The notes beneath the pieces are model-generated. The model was not told the origin of the DNA. It did no database searches and saw only the letters and a program-made list of their open reading frames with translations. 64,000 nucleotides of DNA from Hyphochytrium catenoides (taxonomy: Eukaryota > Protista > Hyphochytriomycota): the NCBI GenBank assembly GCA_900088475.1, contig FLMG01003251.1:70762-134761 (forward strand), in the 5' to 3' direction. The position numbers and the translations under genes are program-made. Positions 52,854 through 63,950 of this stretch are shown piece by piece; the stretch's first letter is position 1; the number at the start of each line of letters is the position of its first letter.

Positions 52854-52940
52854 CGCAGGTGAGGGAGAATCGAACTCCTGAGGCGCAAACCTCCCAAGGA
52901 TTTGAAGTCCTTGCCCAGAACCATCTGAGGTCACCCCTGC
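52854..52940 (-). tRNA. tRNA-Sec: tRNA-Sec (selenocysteine tRNA, anticodon UCA)
   Basis: Minus strand: GCAGGGGTG AC CTCAGA TGGT TCTGGG CAAGGA CTTCAAA TCCTTG G GAGGT TTGC GCCTC A GGAG TTCGATT CTCC CTCACCTGC G (87 nt). It has a 9-pair acceptor stem (G.A and U.U mismatches), a 6-bp D stem with 4-nt UGGU loop, a 6-bp anticodon stem with CUUCAAA loop, a long variable arm, a 4-bp T stem and discriminator G. This is the eukaryotic 9/4 tRNA-Sec fold. Confidence 0.97.
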
Positions 52941-52971
52941 TCTCAAGGCGAAAAAGGGTCAAAAGGCCATC

Positions 52972-52979
52972 TATTTATA
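52972..52979 (-). promoter_or_regulatory. TATA box upstream of tRNA-Sec
   Basis: TATAAATA on the minus strand at -39..-32 relative to the mature 5' G. Confidence 0.65.
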
Positions 52980-53542
52980 TCTGACCCTCTTCAACCTCCT
53001 GAGATTGTCGCATAACCGCTGTTCTCTTCTAATTTTGTCGCTTTTGCCCAAATAGGCGTTAAAGTAGAAGCTCAAATGCACTCTTATAAGGCTTTTAGTT
53101 AGTTTATACCTCGGTCTTGCTATAATCTAGCCCTGAATTTGACGCTCCTGTGATTTGCCTCAAAGATTAATCATCTTGGTAGAAAGGCCCGATCTTTTGG
53201 CAGAGCCGAGTCTTCATCTGGAAAATTTTCTCTTCTTTGTAGTTCTGGAAGAGACGAGACACAGAGCCAGGCCGAGGGCATCAGCCCCGACCATGACGAG
53301 CTCTCAAGAGGTCTACTCACGGACATCTTCAACGCTGCAGCGAGCGCAACATGCATCTTGGGCCCCCATGCTTCTCTATCAACAGTAGGCGACTGTAGTT
53401 GGATACGTGAAGGTCTTCTGTGAGCTTAGCAGATGCGGGAGGGTCAGGGCAAGGATCGGGGGTCACAGTAGCTGTAGCAGGGCCGTTGCGATATATTGTC
53501 GAAAGGCAAGAAAACAGGACAGCGCACTAGAGATTATTCAAA

Positions 53543-56500
53543 ATGGCTTCTGCAGCTGCTAAAGCTGAAGAAAAAAGGCACCAGGAACTTCGGAACTTTC
53601 TTCGAAGCGTGCCAGATAATAAGAAGTGCTTTAACTGTGCAGAGAAGGTAGGTGCAAATGCCAGGGATGTGCGCCGTACGCAAGCTTCTAACTCCAAGAC
53701 TACATAGGGGCCTCAATATATATGTACAGACTTCAAGACTTTCGTGTGCACTGTCTGCAGCGGCATTCAGTAAGTCTACATGACCTTGTAACGTCACTAG
53801 CATTGCTCTTATACCGCGGGCCCTGTTCTCCTAGCCGTGAGTTCAACCATAGAGTGAAATCCATCTCCCTTTCGAAATGGACAGATGAAGAAGTTAGCGG
53901 CATCATAGCCACGGGGGGTAATGAGGTCAGTATATAAACATGACGGTTGCGAACAGAGCTTCGGTCCTGACCTGTTGTTCATAAAGAAAGAATGGCTTAT
54001 GTGTATCCAAGGCGAGTCAGTAATGCCTTCCAACGAGAAGAGTGAGAAGGGGGAGAAACAAAGAGAGAGAGAGAGAGACAGAGAGGGAAAGATAGGAATA
54101 CTCTTCTGATACAGCTTTGCATGATACCATCAAACAGCGTGCCCGAGAGACTTTTCTGAAGTACCATAAAGAAATAGAGTGTCCCAGACCCAATCCTGGA
54201 GACAAGTATCGAATTCAAGACTTCATTCGATCGGCCTTCGTGGACAAGAAGTGGGATCCCTACGTTGTCGGACAGATGTGCTCAATGGCGATCCTAACTC
54301 TTTGTTGCTGGTCCCCAGGTGGACGGAGGAGTCAAGGTCCAGCCTAGAAGCAGCAAGAGAGTCAAAGAAAGAAAAGAAGAACAAAAAAGGAGAAAAGGAT
54401 AAGCCTATCAAGAGAGACAAGGTCTGTCGCTGGTGGGCAGCTACCTTCTGGAGAAATGTCCTCTTCCTCTAAGTTTACCTTGTGACAACCTCCTCTCAAC
54501 CATCCCTGATTACTGGGTCCACGTGCTTGAGCCTATTTTTTTTCTCAATGACTCTTCTTTAACACTATTCCATGGCCAGGAAAAGCAGAAGGCCACAAGT
54601 GCTGCAAACGGGGGATGGGACGCCTTTGGCTCGCAGAATTCTAAAGACCTGGACTTCTCAAATGCTCAGAACTTTGGCGACTTCTCGGGAGGTGGTGGAG
54701 ACTCTGAATTTTCGGCCTTTGGCAAGTTTGAGGACTTCGCTGCACCTCCCGCGTTCGCTTCTGAAGCACCCTCGGGAGACTTTTCGGCATTCTCGAGTGA
54801 CAGTGGAAACCCTTTTGACGCTCCTCCACCTAGCTTTGGAGCTGGGCAACAACCTCAAGGTCCCGGTAGCACAGAGGCTGTTGGATTTGGAGACTTTGCC
54901 GCTCCCCCCCCACCTCCTCCTCCGTCTTCTTCACACGCCTCAAGACACGGTATTCGATCGCGTCCTGGGCCCTCTCCCTTTGATGGCTTCGACGATAGCA
55001 GTACGATGGGGGGGCCGTCTCCCTCCTTCGTGGAGACTCACGTCCCTGGACAGTCCTTGTTGCTCGATGCCTCCTCGGGGGCCCCCGTGTCTGCTCCGCA
55101 GCCACAAGCAGCAGCAGATCCTTTTGCTGACTTCACGAGCTCCTCCACGACTACTGGCTCAGCTATGACTCCTTCTTCTCGCTTTGATGGACATGTGAAG
55201 ACTCCATCTTCAGGTGGTGCTGCAGTAAATACGGTGGCTAACCCTTTCGAAGACTTCACAGGCCCTCCCAGTTCCACCAGACCTGTTCCTTCTAGTCCTG
55301 CTACTGCCAGTGTCGATATGTTTGGATTCAGCCCTCCTGCTGCACCAGCTGCACCACCAACTGCAGAACTCTCTACTTCCGACCCTTTTAGCGACTTTAC
55401 GGCCGCGCCATCTTCCTCTTCTGTCACTTCCGCTGCTGCTCCTCCACACGCAGTACCTACCGCCAGTCCTTTTGGTGACTTCCAGGCTTCCCCTCCCCCT
55501 ACCAACAAGCCTTCAGAACAACAGCCACAGAGGAGCTCGCTAAGCTCCATAGATGACGCTTTTGCGGATATGGTGAGCTCCACTGCAGGGCCAAATGAGA
55601 GTTTAAGAAGCAGTAACATGGGCTTGGATCATGGGTCGTCTTCGCTGAGTCTGGGCTCGCTAACAGGGCCCTCATCGACCTCTGCAATCCCGCCACAAAT
55701 TAACATGGGTTACTCCCTTGGGAGCCAGCGCTCCCAAGGATCACAGAGCATAGGCTTAGGGATGAGTCCTGTGTCCGCTCAGGTACATTGATCCCCCATC
55801 ATGCTTTTAGTCACATCTTCTACTCCGCCCTTTCACACTCTCTAGTTATGCTTTTCTGCTGCGTCGTCTCTCCTTCCTTCCCCCCTTCCTTCTCCTACAT
55901 AACGAACCCCATATTCTCTCTCTTCTTCTCTGTCTCTACCTTCCAATCTCCCTCTCTCTGTTTCGTGTTCTGTTTCTAGTGTATGGGTCAGCGTTGCCTT
56001 TAGTTCACAGCGTTCTGCTGCTGATCTCAGGAAGGCATGTGTCGCCTTGATAAGTGGGTCATGTCTTCAACTTTTATTTCCTCAACTCTATATTGAAGCT
56101 TAAGCACCGCTGTGTCCGAGTTGCGCTAAATGATGATGGCACTGTTTTGCGCTTCAGATGCCTCCAATGGGAGGTTTGGGAATGAATCAGCATCAACTCC
56201 AACCGTCCTTTAACTCGATGAGCTCGGGTGGTACCTTTCCCCCAGCACCATCCTTCGTATCACCAAATATGGCCCCGGCATCCCCGTTTGGAGGTTCCAT
56301 GTTGCCCCAGCCCGTCCCGTCTCCTTTAGTCCCAGCTGCCTCTGGCATATCCCAGATTTCGAGTCAAACTACGACGCCATATCCAATGCCGCAGATGACC
56401 GCCCAGCTGCCTGGAGCAGCTTCTCAGGGGCAAGCTTCGAGGCCTCAAGCTCCAGTGACGTCTCAACAACCGCAGCAGTCAAAGGACGTGGCCGACCCGT

Positions 56501-57312
56501 TTGCCCAGCTAAACATCGGCTCAGAGCTCGGTTTCCGATCGACAGGTTCTCAAGGAAGCAAAGCCTCACAGTCATCAACATCGAGAGCTGGAGGTAGGTT
56601 ATGTCCTATATTTGCTTGGTCTCGAGACCCACAACCTGCATTGAGCTAATAACAACTCTTCACTTTCTCCGTGATCCCTCTCCTCTGTCTCTCTCCATTT
56701 TCACCTAGCGTTCTTCTTGATTGGTCAAAGTTTGTCCCTGACGTCCCTTCTTACACCCTTAATTCTGCAGTGCCGATGAATCAAGCTCAATCCAACGGCT
56801 CTTTACAAAGTTCAACGCAGCAGCAGGTAATGCCCGTCTCCTTTGAAGATTCAGATTTGCCTTTGGCTTGGCTCCTTTTAATTTTTTTTGTATTGTCTCT
56901 CTTCTTCCTATTATACTAGGGACCAATGGCCGGAGCTTCACCTTTCCTGGCAGCGGGTCAACATCCTCAGTTCGGAGCCTTTCAGGGCTCGCCATCGATA
57001 GCTCACACCTCTCAACATCAAATGACTCCAGCTCAAGCTATGTACCAGCAGCACTTCCCCCTGCAACAGCAGAGTTTCCCAGCGCAACAACAGCAGCAGG
57101 TTTTTGCAGGCAGCATGGGTCTAACTCCTTTTTCACCACAGCAGCAAACTGCAGGTTCGATCAGCCATTCCCAGGAAGACTGGGGCGGTTTCACTTCCGC
57201 GGACCCATTTGGGACTCCAGCATCTCAGCCGTTGAATGGTAGCGGTCACCAGCCGCAACCACCACCAGGAGGAAGGACAGGGATAGACGCGAACCCCTTT
57301 GACATGTGGTAG
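53543..57312 (+). CDS. AGFG-type ArfGAP with DPF/NPF motifs
   Basis: Spliced ArfGAP domain NKKCFNCAEK/GPQYICTDFKTFVCTVCSGIH/REFNHRVKSISLSKWT..GGNE/..IQDFIRSAFVDKKW. The long low-complexity tail carries several NPF/DPF motifs and ends ANPFDMW*. Confidence 0.88.
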
Positions 57313-58009
57313 ACCAGCATGAACATTGAAGCTAATAAAGGACCAATAAAGAAAGCTCGCCACTGTCAGCTCGAAGTAAGAATCAAAAGCGGCCTTCCAG
57401 GACGTCCCTTCCTTCTTAGGCCGCATGCTTTGCTTCTGATGGCAAGAAGTTGCTCCTTGAATGATGGTGTGACTGCCGATGGCTTTATATTAGCTATAAT
57501 AAGGACTGATAACCATGACGGTTCGCTGCTTGGCCGGTGAGGCGCAGCCTCGAGCTGTACATCAGAATCCACTTTATAGACGCAGAGAGAGCCAGATATT
57601 TAGAATAAGGCCAAATAGCAAGGTTTTATCAGGAACCAATTAACAGAATCGAGAATAGATTGCGTTCTTGGGATTCTTGGGGCGGGTTGGTTGTCTTTTT
57701 TCCAGAGCTTGGAGGAGATGAAGATTGGGAGGGAGAGAGCGCTGGCCGAAGAATGCTCACTGTCCAGCTTGGACACCTCCATGGCTTGACTTCCTAGCTG
57801 CTCGACCTTGATGCACGTCTAACTTAAGCTTGGGTGAGGAGGCCCCTGACCGTAGCCCGGGGATTTGAATGTCATTCTATTCTAAGCAGAGCAACACAAT
57901 TGACAGGGTGAGCTGTGCTCGTCCAATGCACTTGCCGCAGCTCTTAATCTTGGTAGATATCAACAGCAGCAGACTTCACTTAGTTATTTAATGCCCCTGT
58001 CCAGGCCTC

Positions 58010-59658
58010 ATGTCAGAGAAGAAGGATGAGAAGCCAGGTACAGTTACCCTTGTAATGCTCTTTTTGAGGCATAACTGCAGAACCTGCTAACAGCGCCAAA
58101 TTGTAGAGGCCTTGCCGTCGCTGGACCGCTTTCTGGTCGCTGGAAGGCGAGCGTTGACTTGTGGTGAGATAGGAAGAAGGAAATGTTACGATAAAGAGCT
58201 TAGCATACACGTGCCTGGCTGCCTGCAGGAGGAGTAGGAATACTCTCTGGAGTCAGTCTGGCCTTACTGAAAGGTCACTCTCCTGCCTTCTATGGCACAG
58301 CGATGGGAGTCAACTTTGCCCTGGCAGGCGGCACTGTGCTAGGTAGGCAAGGGTTGATAGATTGAGGAAGAGAGAGGGAAACGTTGTCATGCTTGTTTCC
58401 CGTTAACTTAAATTCGAGGGTAATAGAAGGCAGCGAGTTTCAGAGATGCAGAGCAGGGGAGCAGAGTGTACCGAGAACGTAACCTTGTCGTCCATGTAAG
58501 GTGCGCGAGAGCTAGTGTACAAGTACAGACCGAAGGAGGATGTGGTCACAGATATGGCAGGAGGGGCCCTAGGTGGGGGCGTTCTAGGTGCTCTCTGGGG
58601 TAAGATGAGATGCAGAGACTCTCCTATCTGTTCTTTAGGAAGCTGGCAACTCCTTAAAGAATTTATCCTCCTTCGCTGTGTACCCTATCTCTCCTACTTT
58701 GTGCAACATGCTTCCGCGCTCCGCGTTAAGGTTTTTCGCATTCAAAGTTGGTCTTTCTCCTTCTTCGCATTTCTCGACCTCTGTTACGCTGCCTGTCATC
58801 TTCTTACGCTATCTCACGCTCTGGATGCACCTATCTATCCCTATTGGTCCGCTCACTCCCACTCTCTTCACCCACGCACTCGGCCATATCACTCGGTGAA
58901 GATGGGATACGCGGCGCCATCCGGGGATCTGTATATATGAGTGGCATTGCCCTAGGTGTCTCCATTTGGCATACAGAACAAGCAAGAAAGAAAGCCTGGG
59001 AAGCTAGAAAGTCAGCAGATCCTGTCCTGATCCCTATTATACAGCCAACCATGGAGAACGTTGAAGAGGTACAAGGGAAACGAAAGAAGAGATCTGGTCC
59101 TCAATACGTTCAAGGATGGTGGGAACTGGACTCGGTGTCAGATGAGAAAGTCCTCAACGTTGAGCTGGAGCGGCCTTGGCCGGACTGGCTTCCCATACAG
59201 AAGCTCGCTGACTATCCACAACTTGCTTTATCAAATTTTGAAGCGCGAAGAGTAAGGAGTTAGCTCACCTTCCTCCCGATCACCTCTGTACTTCGCTTAT
59301 CGGATCCCTTACTCTCTCTTAGATGCCCCTATCAGTGCGTCACCCTCCGTTAGCTACTCTAAGTGACTCTACTGGCTTCCTTATGTCACGCGGCCGGTTC
59401 ATCTGATAACTGGCTAAGTCTCTTCATCTCCACTTCCCATGTCAGCTGCGCATTCATGAAACCACAGGGCTAGCACACATGCTGGATGTCAGAAGGTTAT
59501 CGCCGGAGGAGCTCGAAAAAAGGATAGAGGAACGATATCAAGAGCTTGTTGCAGAGTATATGAAAGGGCAGCAGCAGGTCCCTAAGGAACCTACAGAGCA
59601 AGAGCGCTTGGAACATGACACAGAGGATAACGCGACCCCACGTGGGGCTATAAGTTAA
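58010..59658 (+). CDS. Gly-rich four-TM membrane protein, Tim17/22/23-like, with a C-terminal extension
   Basis: Six exons give ..ALTCGGVGILSGVSLALLKG..MGVNFALAGGTVLGARE..MAGGALGGGVLGALW DGIRGAIRGSVYMSGIALGV.., then WPDWLPIQKL and a coiled-coil tail. The family call rests on the GxxxG TM pattern only. Confidence 0.55.
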
Positions 59659-59941
59659 AATAATTGTGCATATTAGAAGAACCTAATTCAACGCTATTGC
59701 CGCGGCGGTCCTGCGATAGTCGTAGTAGCCATGACAGAGCAGGGATTGCGGCCATTTGCTATCACAATTGCGTGGAACTAAGTTAGGAAGGCCAGAGAAG
59801 CGTCTGGAAGCGGAGAGACCAGAAGAAGGGTTCCATTCCCGATATGTAACATGCTTCCTGCGTCAGAAGTCATTCTTGAGGGTAGAGGAGGGAGCGTCGG
59901 AAAGGTGAGAAGCCCCTCCTTATCGCTCTAGCTCGAGTGAG

Positions 59942-60329
59942 CTACTGAGTGACCGTATCTGTCTGCTTGGTTCTGATGAGCTCTTCTGCTCGCTGCTTGC
60001 GAAAGGCTTCGAATGCCGTGTCATTAGTATATTGAGACACGCACTCGTTCATCCTTCTATTCTGTCCTCGGCATTTGATGACGACGAGAAGTCCATTAGC
60101 TTTGGAGCACTCCACAAACTCCTTAACGACGCTATCGCACTTCTTGATGGCTATGTCTCTAAGTTCCTCTCGCAAGGCCTAAGTAGTGGAGGAGGGTCAG
60201 AGTAGAAAGCTCGCACGAAGAAGGAAAATGGCTAAATCCTACCGTTTCCGCTCTTTTGGACCAACGAAGGCGTAGATCTCTTCCCTCGCTCTTCAGCGCT
60301 TGGACGTCAATGGGCTTCTCTTGCTGCAT
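59942..60329 (-). CDS. CMC1: Twin-CX9C cytochrome c oxidase assembly protein CMC1-like
   Basis: Two exons: MQQEKP..WSKRAET / ALREELRDIAIKKC-x9-C..VVIKC-x9-C.. Confidence 0.85.
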
Positions 60330-61297
60330 GACTATCACTCTTCACCACAAACTAAATTCCTTTAGTGTAGTCGTTTACCAACTAAATAGCCTCTTTATAC
60401 TGTCACTGCTGACACCTATCTCTCGCGTCAAGCAGTCGAAGTGCCTTTATAGCAGTGCTGTCAACTCCTCTGGTCCAAGAAGCATAGAAGGGTTGCATAC
60501 CAACCTCCATTCTGAAGATTTTCTCGGAGCTCCACAATAATGCAAAGAATCATCACAAGAGTGGCGGACGATCTGGCAGACGACATTTTTACAGCTTTTC
60601 TCCTAACATTTGACAGGCATCTCGGACTACCGAATAGCCGCAAACGCCTGACCACATCAAGCGCTTTCTAGCCGTTAGCGTCAAGAAACAGCGCCAGCCC
60701 TATTCTGAAGCTCTTCCCCAACTTGGTTATTGTTGTGCCACGGGTCGTTTCGACCCAGGTCCGACCCGGGTACAGCAGCCCCCAACCCGACCTAAGTCAC
60801 TCTTCTCCAACCCGGGTCCAAACACCTCTTCCGGGTAACCTCGAACGGCTCACCTTATTGTTGTATGAGCGTTCATCATTTTCTATCTCGCATCACGTGA
60901 GGACAAGAAGCTAAGATTGAACAGAGTACTCTGAGTAGTGACTCTTGTAGAAGAAAATGAAGTATGCTGTATGTTAGCAATAAGGATAGATTGGAGTTTC
61001 GCTGCGTCCAGAGAAGAAATATAACAAGTAACAAGAAGCTTCGGCCTCATCACACGCAGTTAGGAGGAGATACGTAAAGTATATACTGGTGAGTTACAAG
61101 GCTGGCCCGGTGGAAAAAAAATGCAGATAATTAAAAGGAAAATAAGCAGAAACAGCCGTTCAAGGGGAGAAAAGGAATGAGGAGGGAAAGAAGAAAGGAG
61201 GCCGGCGAATTTGGGCTACTGAAGTTCAATATTTCTTTAGCTATCGCTTATACAAGATAAGCTGCTACTATCAAGGTTACTGCAGAAAATTAGCGTC

Positions 61298-62842
61298 TTA
61301 CCTTTTGGGCCTTCCTGCCCTCCCTAAGCATGGAGCTACGCAGAAGAGGGTATCACCTAGAATGTCGTCACCGAGGCGGCTTCTCTTCTTCGATATCATG
61401 CTACCTGCTGCCAAAAAACGGCGTTCAGAGGGTACAGAGGTTGCAGGCACACCTAAGTAGCGCATGGCTAGCTTGCTCAAAAGAGGGAAGTCAGCTCTAT
61501 GAGTCAAACAGATTCCTGATAAGAAAAGGAGCCTTACGATACCGCTGCAGCTCCTCATGCTCTAAAGCCTCACCCCTATTAGCAGCAGCCAGCTCTTCTC
61601 TTTCCTCTTCTGCGGCTTGCACAGAGAGTAGGATGCTGTCAAACATACTCTTTCCACCTCCTTTCTTCTTCAACCGGCGTCGTGATTCCTCGTCACTGCT
61701 GAAGTGGCCGGCGTTGCCATGCTGCTGTGTCGCACTGGTACCCTCCTCTATCCTGCTTTGTTTGGTTAGGAGTTCATATTAGAGGCGCTACCTCCCATTA
61801 GAGTTATCGCTGAGGCAATGAAAAAAGTCTTTGATGAGAGTGGAAGGTACCCGGTACCAACGCTTTCATTGCTTCTTTCTTGGACCCGAGATTTCGAGAC
61901 CGGGTCCCACAAATCGACCCGTACCTTGTCAACAGAGCCAAGAACTCCTAACCACACAAAGCAGCCTAGAGGAGGGTACCAGTGCGACACAGCAGCATGG
62001 CAAGGACGGCCACTTGAGCAGTGACGAGGAATCACGACGCCAGTATGGTCAGCGGTGTGAGGATATGGGAGCTGTATGGTCCTGACCTCTATCCAGTCCA
62101 TTGTGAAGAGCTCGGGGTCTACCGAGTGCATTGTAACCCCCAGAAATGGCTTGTTGGCTATGGAAGTCCAGAAGTCAATGGTAAGATGGACAGAATCGAC
62201 AGAAGATAGAACCTCTCGGATCCTCTCTCGCTTTTCTATAGCCAATCTGCTGATGGCGTCACGCACTTGCTGACGCCCTGGATGCCGGTAGCTTGGGTTC
62301 AGTGCACTAATAAACCTCCGTAGAGGTGCCGATTCGCATACCGACATAGGCTCTAAGTCCAACACCACAAACCTGATGAAGTTGTCCATATGCTTCTTGT
62401 TCTACGACAAAGAATAGGGGGTAACCCGGCTCACCGAGTAGTCGATAGTAATCTGTCGGCTTCCCTGCTCTTTTACCAGCTGAGGGGGATTGACAAAATT
62501 CTTTTCGGTGATCTGATGCTTGGTTGCCAAGTGCCTAGAGAGTACTCCCGTACCACTAGACATTTTGTAGATCTTGAAGCATTTAGTACAGACAGCCAGA
62601 GGAAGCTCTTGACCTTTCACTTTGCAAGCGTCTTGTATCCGTTTTGGCTGTTTCCTGAGATCGCTGTCGTTCTCTACAACGGCAAAATAATTCCAGATAG
62701 GTGAGCTTCTGGGTGGTCCATTGGCTTTCTGCACCGGCTTTAGTCTAGCAACGCCTGTGACAGCTGCCGACGATGGGTTAGCAGGACCAGGCGCCGGGAC
62801 TCCAGAGGAGCTGCGTTGGCCGGTAGAATGAGGACGATCCAT
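61298..62842 (-). pseudogene. hAT transposase pseudogene
   Basis: BED finger (SPIWNYF..CTKC..GTGVLSRHLATKH); in-frame TAG at 62402-62404; first catalytic Asp (LTIDFWTS) and PHTA. The middle region (second Asp, CxxH, RW) is missing and the LDPRF segment lies on the opposite strand. After a frameshift comes the C-terminal FPLLSKLAMRYLGVPATSVPSER..KKRSRL. Confidence 0.9.
61673..62044. repeat. 103-bp inverted repeat (arms 61673-61775 and 61942-62044, 166-bp spacer)
   Basis: Manual alignment of arm 1 with the reverse complement of arm 2: 96/103 identical, no gaps. Confidence 0.95.
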
Positions 62843-63040
62843 AGTAGAGAAGGCCGCTGCTTTAGAGAGCAGGCAACACTGACATAGCTGTCTAAGGTAG
62901 AGAAGCCCGGAGGGGAGGATGAGCGCCGGCAACCTTTCCTTGGAGGCTGGAGGAGGTGGTGGTGGCTGAGAAAGAAGACGGGTTGGTCTTGATCTTGTCG
63001 TTCCCAGCACTATTTTGATCAAACAGCTTGCGTTTGCCAA

Positions 63041-63096
63041 GCGAACGCTTGTTAGGCTAGCGAACGCTTGTTAGGCTAGCGAACGCTTGTTAGGCT
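63041..63096. repeat. Tandem repeat, 19-bp unit GCGAACGCTTGTTAGGCTA, about 3 copies
   Basis: Directly visible head-to-tail copies with no spacers. Confidence 0.95.
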
Positions 63097-63828
63097 TGTT
63101 CTTCCTTTTGCCTTTTTCCCTCTCACGCTGCTTGACGATCTTCCTCCTGAAGAAGCAAAAGATGATAACGACAGGGAAGACTCCGCCTCTTCTTCATGGT
63201 CACTGGAAGACGAAGAAAGAGGGAGAAAGAAGGTATGGAAGAGGCCAACAACGAGGAGGCAGTAGTACCGCCGCTGACTGAGAAGAGAGAAGGCGGCTGT
63301 TCTGCTGCTATTTCTTCAAACAGATCCGCGATGTAGGACTCTTCTTCAGTCATCAGTTTGGTGTCTTCTTGTTGGCCATTACTATCTTCGGCTGTATCGT
63401 CGTGTGGTGTGAAAGAAGGGAGGAGAGCTCTGGCTGGTACTACTACAACTCGAAGCAACACGACCAGGCGATGGCTTCTGGAAGTTTATGTTGTCCTTGT
63501 CTGTTACTCTCTCTCTGCTGCTGCTGCTGCTGTTGTGCTGCTGCTGCATTCCCACCACCACCAGCGGAAGGAACTTTTCCATTATTTAATCGCTCCTCAT
63601 CATCATCATATTTTCCTCCTGCTTCTTCTTCCTGCCTGCTGCTTCGACGACCTCGCTCCTCCGGACGATTGTTGAGTCATTCGTGGCTGAGCTTTGATAG
63701 AAGAAGCAGCGGCGCGGGCTGTTGACTATTGATTGTCGATGATGATATGCGGTGGTGGGGCCTGGTGTGTCTTCCTGTCAGATCATGGACCTCCTGCCTG
63801 ATGGTGGGGGAAGATAAGATCCATAAAA

Positions 63829-63950
63829 GGCCCGTTCTTATCGACTGCCCCAAAACTGGGGCATGACGCATTTGGGGCAGTCCAGATGGTGCCCCAAACG
63901 GGATTTGGGATTTGGGGTACTGCGATGTCGATAAGAGATAAGAACGACCT
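63829..63950. mobile_element. Possible ~120-bp MITE/foldback element or a transposon end
   Basis: CGTTCTTATCGAC (63833-63845) is inverted against GTCGATAAGA[GATAAGA]ACG (63927-63946). Internal CCCCAAA/TTTGGGG inverted motifs. ATAAAA flanks both sides (63823-63828 and 63951-63956). Confidence 0.5.

Larger units (their letters stand above)
60739..63100 (-). mobile_element. Defective, rearranged hAT DNA transposon; termini not resolved
   Basis: Transposase remnants (next feature) and clustered ACCCG/CGGGT subterminal-like motifs at 60739-60850. No matching TIR pair or 8-bp TSD identified. Confidence 0.85.

Noticed and set aside
1-60329. Apparent clustering of organelle and trafficking genes (VPS13, CLC, PEX12, ArfGAP, MetAP1D, CMC1) as a functional gene cluster
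   Set aside because: These are unrelated housekeeping pathways in mixed orientations, as expected by chance in a compact eukaryotic genome.
63041-63096. 19-bp repeats as a CRISPR array
   Set aside because: The copies are head-to-tail with no spacers, the context is eukaryotic, and there are no cas genes.
63845-63916. TTTGGGG/GGGATTT words as telomeric repeats
   Set aside because: They occur in both orientations, are few and irregular, and fit transposon subterminal motifs better.
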